A stretch of DNA of 64,000 bases from an uncultured Spirochaetota bacterium (GCA_963835575.1 CAWIGG010000002.1:736001-800000); one strand, 5' to 3'; positions 1 through 10,351 are shown, counted from the first letter of the stretch. The notes: generated from the letters alone by a model not told the origin. Numbers and translations: made by a program.

Positions 1-1547
1 GTCCATGCGGTAAGATAGCCGCCGTAGCTCCAGCCCATCACGCCCAGTCTGTTTTTGTCTGCCAGCCCTTTATTGAAGAGCATATTGATCCCGGCCAGAA
101 TATCACGGTAATCGCCGCCGCCCCAGTCCAGCCTGTTCGCCTTCCGTATTTTATCGCCGCAGCCGCTGGAACCCCTGGGATTGGGCATGAAAACCATATA
201 ACCCAGGCCCGCGAAGACCTGCGCGGGGTAAGCCGTCCGGCCGTTTAAAAAGCGGATGCTGAAGCATGATGTCGGCCCGCCATGGATGATTGTCAGCAGG
301 GGATATTTCCGCCCATTTTGAAAATCAACAGGCTTGACAAGAATCCCTTCCAGTTTCCATTTGCCGTTTTTCCATTGAATGATCTCTGTTTCACCCTTTT
401 CAATGGCTTTTAAAGTTCCATTAAAAGCCGTTAAGGGCTGACCATTCATATCGTCTATACTTGAGATGTAAATTTCCGGCGGATGTTCGGAATCCTCCAT
501 AATAAAAGCGGTCTTCAGGAAATCTTTATCAAAACTGAAATTTTCAAAAATCGAATTGCCTGCCGTCAGCTGTTCTGTTTTACCGGAAGCCGTATCAACC
601 CTGCAGAGCTGGTATGTGACACCTTTTTCAGTCTGGAAATAGATAAATTTACCATCAGATGACCAGTCATAAAGCGAAGAAATATCCCCGCGGCCGTCTT
701 TTATGCCGTCGCTGATGATCCGGCTGTTAAGCCGTATTATTTTCAGGCGGTATTGTTCGAGCCAGTCATTCGGTTTGTTTCTTGATAAAAAGGCTATATT
801 CCGGCCGTCCGGCGACCAGCGGACCGCTCCATAGGACCCCGGTTCGGAAACAAGTTCCTGAAGAGAAGCGGTTTTAATGTCAACCGTATAGAGCCTGGCA
901 AAGAAGGAATCCTGGTCCTTGAATGACGGTTTTGCCGAGAATGCAAGCGAACCGCAGCCGGGCGACCAGGCAAAAGATGTGATGACAAAAGCCCCATCCG
1001 TCAATTGATAATTGGTTTTCTTTTCAAAGTCATAGATCCGGAGATTCTGATATTGTGTTGTTTGATCCACGACAATGATATTTGAAGGCAAATAATTATT
1101 ATCCCGGGATATTGGAAGAGAAGGCATGGTATACGCGATATAACGGCCGTCCGGCGACCATGCAAAATAAGCGACATCCCTGGGGCCGTATGTCAGCATC
1201 TCGCTATTTGTCCCGTTTTCCGGCCGGCTGAAGATCTGAACAACGCCGTTGGCGCTTTTAAGGAACGCTATTGTTTTACTGTCCGGGGACCAGATCGGCA
1301 GACTGCCCGCCGCGATTTTTACTGAATTTGAAGGGTCTGAATTTGTGTTTATCAGGTAAATACCGCTTGATATAATGTTGGATATTATGTTAATGGATTT
1401 TACTGTGCAGAGGACGGCATGTCTGTCAGGCGCCAGTCTGACAGACTCGATTGTTTTTAAGGAAAAAACATCGTCAATGGACATAACTCTCGCATATGAA
1501 AGTGAATAACTTATAAAGAATAGTAAATTAAACAGAAATTTTTTCAT
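1..1547 (-). CDS. S9 family peptidase (prolyl oligopeptidase/acylaminoacyl peptidase), secreted; runs off window start
   Basis: Manual translation: ATG at 1547 gives signal peptide MKKFLFNLLFFISYSLSYA, WSPD propeller repeats, IHGGP and catalytic GWSYGG (in frame at ~38-20). Absent from the ORF track because it is truncated. Confidence 0.9.
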   Translation of the reverse strand, partial: MKKFLFNLLFFISYSLSYARVMSIDDVFSLKTIESVRLAPDRHAVLCTVKSINIISNIISSGIYLINTNSDPSNSVKIAAGSLPIWSPDSKTIAFLKSANGVVQIFSRPENGTNSEMLTYGPRDVAYFAWSPDGRYIAYTMPSLPISRDNNYLPSNIIVVDQTTQYQNLRIYDFEKKTNYQLTDGAFVITSFAWSPGCGSLAFSAKPSFKDQDSFFARLYTVDIKTASLQELVSEPGSYGAVRWSPDGRNIAFLSRNKPNDWLEQYRLKIIRLNSRIISDGIKDGRGDISSLYDWSSDGKFIYFQTEKGVTYQLCRVDTASGKTEQLTAGNSIFENFSFDKDFLKTAFIMEDSEHPPEIYISSIDDMNGQPLTAFNGTLKAIEKGETEIIQWKNGKWKLEGILVKPVDFQNGRKYPLLTIIHGGPTSCFSIRFLNGRTAYPAQVFAGLGYMVFMPNPRGSSGCGDKIRKANRLDWGGGDYRDILAGINMLFNKGLADKNRLGVMGWSYGGYLTAW

Positions 1548-1679
1548 ATTTTTATTTCCTCAGTAAAGATATTTTAATTAAACAAAATTCATTACATGAT
1601 TACTGTTTCTAAAAACAATATATTTTATGAATAATTATCGGCCGTTTGAAAAATCATCCGCAAAAAACCATTCATCTTC

Positions 1680-1708
1680 TTGATTTTTTGAAAGTGCCGA
1701 ATTATAAT
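1680..1708 (+). promoter_or_regulatory. sigma70-type promoter for tRNA-Asn
   Basis: TTGATT-N17-TATAAT about 20 nt upstream of the tRNA. Confidence 0.6.
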
Positions 1709-1727
1709 TATGCCGAATATTATTCAT

Positions 1728-1800
1728 TCCCCTGTAGCTCAGTTGGCAGAGCAGGTGACTGTTAATCACCGGGCCGTAGGTTCGAGCCCTACCGGGGGAG
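1728..1800 (+). tRNA. tRNA-Asn(GTT), CCA not encoded
   Basis: Acceptor TCCCCTG/CGGGGGA, D arm, anticodon arm GGTGA-CTGTTAA-TCACC, GTTCGAG T-loop. Confidence 0.97.
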
Positions 1801-1810
1801 CAATTGAGGC

Positions 1811-1836
1811 AGGCAGGCTTAAAGCCTGCCTTTTTT
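1811..1836 (+). terminator. Rho-independent terminator
   Basis: AGGCAGGCTT-A-AAGCCTGCCT hairpin followed by T tract. Confidence 0.8.
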
Positions 1837-1864
1837 ATTACTTTATTCAATTTATCGGGAATAA

Positions 1865-2887
1865 ATGGTCGATAATAATGTACAAGAGGAGGAGTTTTTG
1901 GTCTATTTAGTATCCTTAAGGAATTACACTTTCACATTCATTAAGACGTTTTTTTTTGTTTGTATAATGCTGCTCGTCTATTTAATTATTGAAATCATAT
2001 CATTGAAGTCAACCGGCTCGGCCTCTGTATTTACTGAAAGTTTGAAGAATTACGGATTATTGCTAATTAAGGCCCTGCCTTTTACGGTACTCTTTTCCAG
2101 CTGCCTTTATTTCTCGTCTATCGGCATGGAAAAATCTTTTATTATTACCATGGTCCCGTTAGTTGCCGTATTTAATACAATCATAATCCTTCTCTGCTTC
2201 TGGATGAACGGCGATTTTCATGAATTCAATTCCCAGTATCAATTTTATTATTATCCTGAGATTAAAGAAGGCGGGATCACCGCAATCGGCGATTATCAAA
2301 TAGCTGTAACTGGCGGCAGGAAAGGCATTCTCTTTTACAAAAATGCCTACTTATTCAATGATTTCAGGACCGGACAGAATGATATCACTGTCAATACTTA
2401 TCAGGCGGCAGGAAATACTTCCGTGTATTCCGCTTATAATAGTTTTACAATACCGTATAAAACCCCCGTTTTAAAACTTAGGGAAACCGGCATTACATAT
2501 TTTGTCATGAAAAATTTTATTGATTATGTTAAGTATTCTCAAAATATTTTTAATATTACATTCAACGGCGGCAGCATTATTTATTCTATTATATCGTTTT
2601 TATTTATGAACCTGGGATTTTTCGCGGTTGTCTGCGGTGTTGCGGGATTTTTCAGTGAAACGAGGACGCTGGCGCTTTCCTGGTCAGCCCTCATAGTCCT
2701 GACCGCATTATTATTTATAATATATCCTCAATACTTAAGTCTTATGTCGTTTATTAAATTCGGATTCAAAGATAATATTTTAAGATTACTTATTTCCAGT
2801 GTAACAGCCGGCCTTCTGGGCGGAGTAATCGGATATGCCCTGATTCAAATGAGGATCATGTTCCAGCATAAAAGAGAAGGTTTATAA
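1865..2887 (+). CDS. Polytopic membrane protein, possibly LptF/LptG-like
   Basis: 3 N-terminal TM, beta-rich soluble middle, 3 C-terminal TM. Confidence 0.5.
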   Translation: MVDNNVQEEEFLVYLVSLRNYTFTFIKTFFFVCIMLLVYLIIEIISLKSTGSASVFTESLKNYGLLLIKALPFTVLFSSCLYFSSIGMEKSFIITMVPLVAVFNTIIILLCFWMNGDFHEFNSQYQFYYYPEIKEGGITAIGDYQIAVTGGRKGILFYKNAYLFNDFRTGQNDITVNTYQAAGNTSVYSAYNSFTIPYKTPVLKLRETGITYFVMKNFIDYVKYSQNIFNITFNGGSIIYSIISFLFMNLGFFAVVCGVAGFFSETRTLALSWSALIVLTALLFIIYPQYLSLMSFIKFGFKDNILRLLISSVTAGLLGGVIGYALIQMRIMFQHKREGL

Positions 2888-2906
2888 TGATTTCCGGAAG
2901 GAATAT

Positions 2907-3941
2907 GTGAAAAAGTTGAACAGTTTTATCGGCCTGTTCATTGTGATTACGCTTTTTATTACCGTGCTTTCATTGTTTTATTATCTCAGATTTGAAAAAA
3001 TCACATCATTATGGCTCTTCTATTCTATCTGCAACGAATTAATATTCACCATGCCGGTCAGCGCGTCTCTCAGTATTTTGTGGCCTCTGGTTTTCAGGGA
3101 CAGATCGGAAGTTAATAATCCGGTCAGCCGTTCGGCAGTTCCCTTTAATGCGACTGTTTTCATGTTTATTATTATGGCTTTGGCATTTCTCTTTCAGGAA
3201 TTCGGAATCCCGAAAATCTATAACTGGATCAGTTTTCATGAAACGCTTAAATCAAAAGGAATCACAAATCCGGTTGCTGTAAAAGACACGACCGGGGAAA
3301 AATTCTCTCTTTCTGAATTCAATCAGGTTAATTATATGCCGGTCAAATATAATATCGCTTTTACTTCAGGAAATTCATTCATCTATTTTGATAAAATGTA
3401 TGACGGCAGCGGCGCGTATTATGTTGAGGGATTCCGGTTCTTCGGCTTTACCGGGAATAAACAGCTGGATTACATCATTACCGCTGATTATGCGAAAATT
3501 GTGGATGACATTCTTTATGCCGTCAATCCGATGTTTCATCAGTATTCAAAGGGGACGCCGGCTTCTTCTAAAAGGATTAACGGAGTTAAAAATATCATCA
3601 TGATCTATCAACCTGCCGGGATTTACGCGCTCAGTTCGGAATCTTCATCCGGCCCGGTCAGCCTGATAGACGTATTTCTCTATAATGATTATGTTTTTAA
3701 TTCAGGCATAAATTTTTTCCATATCGGCAATATTATATTTAATAAAATCGCTTATTATATTATTCTTATTTTTATGATGGTCCTTTCATCCACTTTCGGT
3801 TCCGCCTTTAAAAATCAAAGGCTCCTGCACAGGGAATACATTCAGACGGCTTCTTTTTATATCATATCTTTTTTCATTATAACTTTATGCTATGATACCC
3901 TTGCCGCAGCCGTCAATATGATCTACAGCATGGTTATATAG
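2907..3941 (+). CDS. Polytopic membrane protein, possibly LptF/LptG-like
   Basis: Similar topology to the upstream gene; segment FRFFGF..NKQLDYIITADYAKI resembles LptG beta-jellyroll strands. Confidence 0.5.
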   Translation: MKKLNSFIGLFIVITLFITVLSLFYYLRFEKITSLWLFYSICNELIFTMPVSASLSILWPLVFRDRSEVNNPVSRSAVPFNATVFMFIIMALAFLFQEFGIPKIYNWISFHETLKSKGITNPVAVKDTTGEKFSLSEFNQVNYMPVKYNIAFTSGNSFIYFDKMYDGSGAYYVEGFRFFGFTGNKQLDYIITADYAKIVDDILYAVNPMFHQYSKGTPASSKRINGVKNIIMIYQPAGIYALSSESSSGPVSLIDVFLYNDYVFNSGINFFHIGNIIFNKIAYYIILIFMMVLSSTFGSAFKNQRLLHREYIQTASFYIISFFIITLCYDTLAAAVNMIYSMVI

Positions 3942-3969
3942 TAGAGACGATGCATTGCATCGTCTCTAC
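3941..3969. repeat. GTAG-type REP-like perfect palindrome
   Basis: GTAGAGACGATGCA-T-TGCATCGTCTCTAC, 14-bp arms. Confidence 0.75.
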
Positions 3970-3990
3970 TATATTATCAAGGAATCATTA

Positions 3991-4383
3991 ATGAAAGCTT
4001 TAATATTAACTATCATCCTCGCGACCAATGTGCTGAACCTGGAAGTGATGTCGACAAAAGAGCAGAAAGAGCTGGGGCTTATGAACCGCAGAAGCTGGGG
4101 CAGTATTGACGGAATGATTTTTATAAATGATGAACCGGAAGCTGTCGCTTACTGGATGAAAAACACTTATCTCAATCTTACGCTTTATTATCTGGATGAA
4201 GATATGAGCATTATAGAACAATATAACCCGGTGCCTTTATCGGCAAGGATAATACAGTCAACTTCCGAGAATATCAAGTATGTTTTAGAAATAAATCCGG
4301 CGATGACCAACTATCTGATTAAGAATTACGCCTTATTCCGGAAAAAGGCTTTAGATAAACTGGCGGATTTGACGAACAAATAA
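3991..4383 (+). CDS. DUF192 family protein
   Basis: LEV..T..QKELGLMNR...DGMIF and YWMKNT motifs; ATG 3991 preferred start. Confidence 0.85.
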   Translation: MKALILTIILATNVLNLEVMSTKEQKELGLMNRRSWGSIDGMIFINDEPEAVAYWMKNTYLNLTLYYLDEDMSIIEQYNPVPLSARIIQSTSENIKYVLEINPAMTNYLIKNYALFRKKALDKLADLTNK

Positions 4384-4389
4384 AAAAAC

Positions 4390-4430
4390 AAAAAACAAGG
4401 CTGTCTTTCATTAGACAGCCTTGTTTTTTT
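4390..4430. terminator. Bidirectional terminator
   Basis: AAAAACAAGGCTGTCT-TTCATT-AGACAGCCTTGTTTTT between convergent genes. Confidence 0.85.
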
Positions 4431-4446
4431 GATATGAGAAATTCAA

Positions 4447-5070
4447 TTATCTTTTAAAGTATAGATTGACGGTCATTGTCTCATCAGCGATCTTCAGCTT
4501 GTCTTTTGTATCAACATAACCGGAATAAAAGACTGTGGTAAGATAATACTTTTTCCCCACGTCGCCGGCTATATGCTTTTCCTTGTTGATAATCAGATAT
4601 ACATCGGTGTCCTTTTTACTTCCCGAACTGGTTACTCCGCAGGAATCCTTTTCATTATCTTTGAGGCTTGTTGTTTTCACGACTTCCCCATCCACTTCTT
4701 TTTCATAAATAAAATCCTTAGAGACAGGATAGTAAGTATAATATTCCACCATATCAGAATATTCAAATTTAACGGCATACCATACCTTTACATCATAAGA
4801 GATGGAATTTTTAAGAAGTATGTCAACTCTCAGGCTATCCGCATCATAGCATGATATAACGCCATTGATATCACATTCCGGGGCATTGCCGACTTTTGTT
4901 TCGCTGACAAGGTCGTCATCCGGCGAAATAACCCAATCGCTTGCAGTATAAGGATCAAACGCATTTGTTACTTCATCCGCGTCGCGGCTTGGTATTTTTT
5001 TGGCAATACCCAGAACAGGGATGAGCAATACCAGTGTCAGAGCTAAAATAAGCATTCTTTTTGCTTTCAT
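4447..5070 (-). CDS. Secreted hypothetical protein
   Basis: 207-aa ORF, signal peptide, AGGAGG RBS. Confidence 0.75.
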   Translation of the reverse strand: MKAKRMLILALTLVLLIPVLGIAKKIPSRDADEVTNAFDPYTASDWVISPDDDLVSETKVGNAPECDINGVISCYDADSLRVDILLKNSISYDVKVWYAVKFEYSDMVEYYTYYPVSKDFIYEKEVDGEVVKTTSLKDNEKDSCGVTSSGSKKDTDVYLIINKEKHIAGDVGKKYYLTTVFYSGYVDTKDKLKIADETMTVNLYFKR

Positions 5071-5461
5071 TTGACTGCCTCCTTAATATAAATAATAACA
5101 ATTGAATAGTGAAATACCCGATTAAATAGAAATATTAAACCAAATTAATATAAAATGAGGTTATTATTACAATTTTTTATATATTATCATATTTTGTAAT
5201 TTAATCAATATATTTTATAAAAAATATTTTGTACATTAAAAAAGCATCTTAATTATGCATAAAATTTTAAAAGCAGGCAGTTCCAAAAAAAATAATGTTT
5301 GATCTGCCGGCGGAAAGTTTCAGGATGAACTCTGTCTATTATTAAAACTATTGCCGGAAAAATTACCAGGAATAGTTATAAATACAATAAAGCTTTTTTT
5401 GCATGGAACAAAAAATGAATTTAAAATGATCTCTCAATATTTATCAGGATGAGGCATCAGG

Positions 5462-5911
5462 ATGAAAAAATTAATAATTGTATAAGCTTTAATATTGATT
5501 TTTTCAGGGTCAGGCAATATTTTCGGCAGGACATTCGGCATCGGGATCATTACCGGGGAACCGACGGGAATAAGCGCCAAATACCGGCTTGATAAAACAA
5601 TGGCTTTGAATTATACCGCGGGCTGGTCGTTTGTGGGAGAGGGTTCGTTTTATATTCATGGCGATTATCTCTGGCATAACTTTGATCTATTAAAAGTCAA
5701 AGAAGGAAGCCCGGCATTCTATTACGGCCCTGAAATTTATCTCCATATGAGAGCGCAGTCTGCAATGGACGCCAGGTTCCCGGTCGGCCTTGATTACTTT
5801 TTTGAAAGCGCAGCCATTGATATTTTCATGGAGGTTGTTCCGATACTGCAATTAGCGCCCGCTGCAATTCCCGGTTTAAACGGCGGGATAGGCATCAGGT
5901 TTAATTTTTGT
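5462..5911 (+). pseudogene. Small outer-membrane beta-barrel protein (DUF3996-like), disrupted
   Basis: ATG 5462 MKKLIIV then in-frame TAA (5483-5485) inside the signal peptide; FGIGIITGEPTGISAKY ... GGIGIRFNF barrel signature; expected stop reads TGT so the frame runs into argF. Confidence 0.7.
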
Positions 5912-5926
5912 ACTTCGGAGGCAAAT

Positions 5927-6850
5927 ATGCTTGAAGGAAAGAAAGATTTTTTAGATACTGAGGATTTTTCCCGGGATACGCTTGTGCATCTTATTAAACT
6001 GGCTGTCAAAATGAGGAAGAACAAGGAAAAATACTGTAAAGCGCTGAAAAATAAAAAGCTGGCTATGATTTTTGAAAAATCATCCACGAGGACGCGCGTC
6101 TCTTTTGAGGCCGGTATATACGAGCTGGGCGGCATGGGAATATTCCTGAGTTCAAGGGATATTCAGATCGGCAGGGGCGAACCGATAAAAGATACGGCTA
6201 AAGTTCTTTCCCGATATGTGGACGCGATAATGATCCGCACTTTTAAGCAGGAAGATGTCAAGTCATTGGCGGAAAACGCGTCGGTCCCTGTTATTAACGG
6301 GCTGACGGACCTTCTTCATCCATGCCAGGCAATGGCGGATTTTCAAACCATCCTTGAACATAAAGGCCGTCTGGAGGGATTGAAGCTCTGTTTTATCGGA
6401 GACGGCAATAATGTCGCGAATTCGCTCGGGCTTTTAGCCGGCAAAATCGGCATGGATTATTCCATTGCCACCCCGGAAAATTACGGAATGGATAAAGCGA
6501 TAATACAGAAGATTATGACCAACGCCGGAAAATCAGGCGGTAAAGTGCTGATAACAAACGATCCAGCGGAAGCTGTCCATAATGCCGATATTGTCTATAC
6601 GGATGTCTGGACATCCATGGGAAAGGAAGAAGAAGCATTAAAAAGAAGGGAAGCTTTTCAGGGCTTTGAAGTCAATTCAGCGCTGGTAAAGACGGCGGCC
6701 CCGGATTATATTTTTATGCACTGCCTTCCCGCTCACCGCGGAGAGGAAGTTTCCGCCGAAGTGATAGACGGGGACCATTCGGTTGTTTTTGACGAAGCGG
6801 AAAACAGGATCCATGCCCAGAAAGCGATCCTGTTAGAAATAATGAGGTAA
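5927..6850 (+). CDS. argF: Ornithine carbamoyltransferase
   Basis: STRT, HPCQ, GDGNN, HCLP motifs; own GGAGG RBS before ATG 5927; upstream of argH. Confidence 0.95.
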   Translation: MLEGKKDFLDTEDFSRDTLVHLIKLAVKMRKNKEKYCKALKNKKLAMIFEKSSTRTRVSFEAGIYELGGMGIFLSSRDIQIGRGEPIKDTAKVLSRYVDAIMIRTFKQEDVKSLAENASVPVINGLTDLLHPCQAMADFQTILEHKGRLEGLKLCFIGDGNNVANSLGLLAGKIGMDYSIATPENYGMDKAIIQKIMTNAGKSGGKVLITNDPAEAVHNADIVYTDVWTSMGKEEEALKRREAFQGFEVNSALVKTAAPDYIFMHCLPAHRGEEVSAEVIDGDHSVVFDEAENRIHAQKAILLEIMR

Positions 6851-6854
6851 AACT

Positions 6855-8210
6855 ATGGCGAAACTCTGGCAGAAACAGGGCTTAAAAAAACTGCATCCGG
6901 ATGTCGAAAAATACGAGGTCGGGGCCGACTATTTACTGGACGGCCGATTATTCTTTTATGAGCTTGCCTCAAGCCTGGCCCATGCCAGGATGCTCAATAA
7001 GATCGGCATTCTGACAAAGAAGGAAATGTATAAAATCAATAAGGAAATAAATATACTTTATAAAAAACACGGCCGGACATTAACGCTTGAAGTTTCTGAT
7101 GAGGATATTCACTCAAAGCTGGAGAACATGCTGACGCAGTCAATCGGGGAAACAGGCAAAAAAATTCATACCGGACGGAGCCGTAATGACCAGGTCCTGA
7201 CCGTTCTCCGTCTTTATGAGAAAGACCGGCTTTTCGAAATAGCTGCCGGATATATCGATTGTTTATCGGCGCTCGCCGGCATGGCTGAAAAAGAAGGAAA
7301 GAAAATACTTCCCGGCTATACTCATACAAAACAGGCCATGCTGATGAATGTTAAATTCTGGGCCGGCGCCTTCATTGAAGCGGGCCTGGATAATATCAAG
7401 CTTTTAAAAGCCCTGCTCGATTTGATTGACGCCAATCCGCTGGGAAGCGGCAGCGGATTCGGCGTTCCCATTCCCCTGGACCGGAAAATGACTGCCAGAC
7501 AGCTTGGTTTCTCGCGGGTGCAGGACAACGCCATGGCGGTCCAGAATTCCCGCGGTAAATATGAGGGCTTGATCATCGACGTGCTCTGGGGCATGATGAG
7601 CGATTTTTCAAGGCTGGCTTCCGATTTGATCATGTTTAATATGGATGAGCTTCTTTATGTTAAAACAGACTCATCCATAACAACCGGCAGTTCAATCATG
7701 CCGCAGAAAAGGAACCTGGATGTGATGGAGCTTGTCAGGGCCCGCACATATACAATGCTTTCCTTTTCCACAGCCGTTAAAAGTATTTCCAGCGGCTTGA
7801 TTTCCGGTTATAACAGGGACCTCCAGGAAACAAAAGAGCCATTGATGAAGGCCCTGGACCTGATGATAGACACAATCCGGGCTATAAAAGCCGTTATTGA
7901 AAATATAGCTTTTGATGAGGAGTCCGTAAAAAATAAACTGACTAAAGGGATTTTCGCGACGGACATTGCTTTTAAAGCGGCTGCTGACGGGGTACCTTTC
8001 CGTGACGCTTATAAGACCGCGGCAAAAGGTATTGATGATATTGAACTCAATGATAATACAATTCAGTCAAGCATCAGGAAGCGGATATCACAGGGGTCTC
8101 CCGCTTCCATCAATATTCTTTATTACAGGAAAAATCTGGCTGTTGAAAAAAAATATTTTGATAAATTAATTGAAAACTTCCGGGGTAAGCTTAATACTCT
8201 ACTTAAGTAA
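6855..8210 (+). CDS. argH: Argininosuccinate lyase
   Basis: HTGRSRNDQ, PGYTH, GSSIMPQKRN, GYNRDLQ motifs. Confidence 0.95.
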   Translation: MAKLWQKQGLKKLHPDVEKYEVGADYLLDGRLFFYELASSLAHARMLNKIGILTKKEMYKINKEINILYKKHGRTLTLEVSDEDIHSKLENMLTQSIGETGKKIHTGRSRNDQVLTVLRLYEKDRLFEIAAGYIDCLSALAGMAEKEGKKILPGYTHTKQAMLMNVKFWAGAFIEAGLDNIKLLKALLDLIDANPLGSGSGFGVPIPLDRKMTARQLGFSRVQDNAMAVQNSRGKYEGLIIDVLWGMMSDFSRLASDLIMFNMDELLYVKTDSSITTGSSIMPQKRNLDVMELVRARTYTMLSFSTAVKSISSGLISGYNRDLQETKEPLMKALDLMIDTIRAIKAVIENIAFDEESVKNKLTKGIFATDIAFKAAADGVPFRDAYKTAAKGIDDIELNDNTIQSSIRKRISQGSPASINILYYRKNLAVEKKYFDKLIENFRGKLNTLLK

Positions 8211-8224
8211 AAGGAAGGAAAGCC

Positions 8225-9082
8225 ATGTTTAGTAAAGTATTATTTCCCGTCATTATGACAGAGCACACGGAGCAGATGGTGGACTGCCTCGGCGGAATCG
8301 TTCAGAACGGCGCAAAAGAAGCGCTCCTTTTTCATGTCCAGAGCGTTTCAGAAATCGCCGCGGGGAATGTCAATATTCAGTATGATGAGAAACTTCTTGA
8401 AAAATGGAAAAAGACCCTTCAGGAATCGGGGATCCGGGTGGATTATAAGATTGCATCAGGCGTCCCCTGGATTGAGATTGTCGACCTGATTGAAAAGGGG
8501 GATTATTCCTTTACCTTTATGGGATCGCATGGAAATTCATTTTTAGACCGCATGTTTCTCGGCAGCGTAACGGAAAATGTTGTGCATCATTCCTCTAAAC
8601 CGGTGCTGATCTATAAAATACAGAAAAACGGTTTAAAAGCCCCACCATACTGCCGGAATATCTTCGGGAAAATACTTTATACAACGGATTTTTCGGAAAC
8701 ATCAAAAAAGTGTATCCCTTATATTGAAGAAATGCATAATATGGAAAATCAGGGCCTGACAATTCTGCATGTCCAGGATATGAGAAATTTAAAGCATGTC
8801 TCATCGGAAAAACTTTCCGAGTTTAACCGGATTGATCTGGAAAGACTGGAAGAGCTGAAGCAGTATTTTCTAAGCAAAGGCTTTAAAAGAGTGATGTCGC
8901 TTCTGACGACCGGTTACTCCATACCGGAAATATTGAACTACGCCCATACGGAAGACGCGACGATTATCGTGATGGGAAGAAAGGGGAAAAGCAATATCAA
9001 GGAAATGCTTCTCGGCGGCGTGGCGGAGACTATCATTCACAAATCGCCTGTGCCCGTTTTCCTGGTTGAGGAAAATAAATAA
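8225..9082 (+). CDS. Universal stress protein, tandem USP domains
   Basis: MGSHG..LGSVTE and MGRKG..LGGVAE motifs. Confidence 0.9.
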   Translation: MFSKVLFPVIMTEHTEQMVDCLGGIVQNGAKEALLFHVQSVSEIAAGNVNIQYDEKLLEKWKKTLQESGIRVDYKIASGVPWIEIVDLIEKGDYSFTFMGSHGNSFLDRMFLGSVTENVVHHSSKPVLIYKIQKNGLKAPPYCRNIFGKILYTTDFSETSKKCIPYIEEMHNMENQGLTILHVQDMRNLKHVSSEKLSEFNRIDLERLEELKQYFLSKGFKRVMSLLTTGYSIPEILNYAHTEDATIIVMGRKGKSNIKEMLLGGVAETIIHKSPVPVFLVEENK

Positions 9083-9086
9083 AACG

Positions 9087-10148
9087 CTATTTTAAAGCAT
9101 TATACAGAGCATTGCTGTAAATTATATTTTCGGGGTCGACATTGAAATCGGAAGGCAGGATATCGCCGCTATTTTTATACAGTTCGGAAGAAAGAATGAA
9201 TAGATTATAAGCTGAAAAAGAACTGTTATTATTAAAGAAACCCATGCATTCCTGTTTTCCGGTGAAATGGATATGTTTAAATAAAGTCATCGCTTCCTGG
9301 GCCCCGCCCTTCATACTGTAAAAATCAGCCATCATACCCGCGACCTGCGCCTGATTGTTTGTATCTTTGGAAAAATAATCATAGCCTTCAATCAGTGCTT
9401 TGACAAAGGCATCGATGATCCTGGGATATTTTTTTATGAAATCCTCCCTTGCCAGAAAAACATCTGCGATCAAACCGTATCCGGCGTTTCCTTCCGCGGT
9501 AGTCGTAAACAGGGAAGCGCCTTTAATAAAGGAAGGGCTTTTTTGATTGGTTGCGTAATAAATAAAAGGGGCGGCTGCCACACAGGCATCAATGGTCTTA
9601 TCCGTGGCAAAAGACATCCCGGCGTCAATTGTTGAGGGGATGAAAAGCGTTTTTACGTCATTCAGTGAAAGCCCGCCCTGTTTAAGAAGATAAAGCATCA
9701 GAAATTGGGAAGCCGTGTTTTGCGTCAGTACGACTTTTTTGCCTTTAAAGTCCCGAATATGCTTGATATTACCCCTGACTACGATCCCATCCGCTCCGGC
9801 CGAAAAATCGCTGACAGCCAGAATTTGTGGTGCGATTCTCGAGTCCTTTCCGGCGGCTTCAAAAAAGAGAGGGACCATATCCATGGTCAAACAAACTATG
9901 GGATAATCTCCGTTTGTAAAGCCTGTCAGGCAGTCGGCGGAATTTTCTTCTTGGATAAGCTGTACTTTGAATTTGCCGTATTTATAAAATAAAGAATTTT
10001 CATTCGTCTCGGAGCCTTTATTCGCTGATAAAAGGACCGCGGAGGACCCGTATGACGCCAAAGGCAGCTGTATTATCATTTCTTTAGGTTTATTATTGCA
10101 TCCCAGTAATATTCCGGATAAAATAATAAGCGGCAGTATTTTCTTCAT
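9087..10148 (-). CDS. SsuA/NMT1/THI5-like ABC substrate-binding lipoprotein
   Basis: Lipobox LLGC; SAGADGIV, DFKGKKV motifs; ATG 10148 preferred start. Confidence 0.8.
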   Translation of the reverse strand: MKKILPLIILSGILLGCNNKPKEMIIQLPLASYGSSAVLLSANKGSETNENSLFYKYGKFKVQLIQEENSADCLTGFTNGDYPIVCLTMDMVPLFFEAAGKDSRIAPQILAVSDFSAGADGIVVRGNIKHIRDFKGKKVVLTQNTASQFLMLYLLKQGGLSLNDVKTLFIPSTIDAGMSFATDKTIDACVAAAPFIYYATNQKSPSFIKGASLFTTTAEGNAGYGLIADVFLAREDFIKKYPRIIDAFVKALIEGYDYFSKDTNNQAQVAGMMADFYSMKGGAQEAMTLFKHIHFTGKQECMGFFNNNSSFSAYNLFILSSELYKNSGDILPSDFNVDPENIIYSNALYNALK

Positions 10149-10250
10149 TGCGGTTCCCTTCCTCTCATAATTGATAGTACCATTGATTTTACAGCAAAAC
10201 AGGAAATATTTCAAGGAGATGCGTTTTTGGGAATATTAATATTCTCCCTC

Positions 10251-10279
10251 TTGATAAAAATCCTTTAATCAATTACAAT
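10251..10279 (+). promoter_or_regulatory. sigma70-type promoter
   Basis: TTGATA-N17-TACAAT upstream of the cNMP-binding gene. Confidence 0.45.
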
Positions 10280-10351
10280 TAATCAAGGTCAGTTCATGAA
10301 AAATGCTCTTCCGTTATAAGTAATACAAATAAAATAAAAAGGTGTGAAAAA

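Noticed and set aside
5495..6850. 451-aa OMP-ArgF fusion from the ORF track
   Set aside because: argF has its own RBS and ATG at 5927; the upstream part is a disrupted barrel gene.
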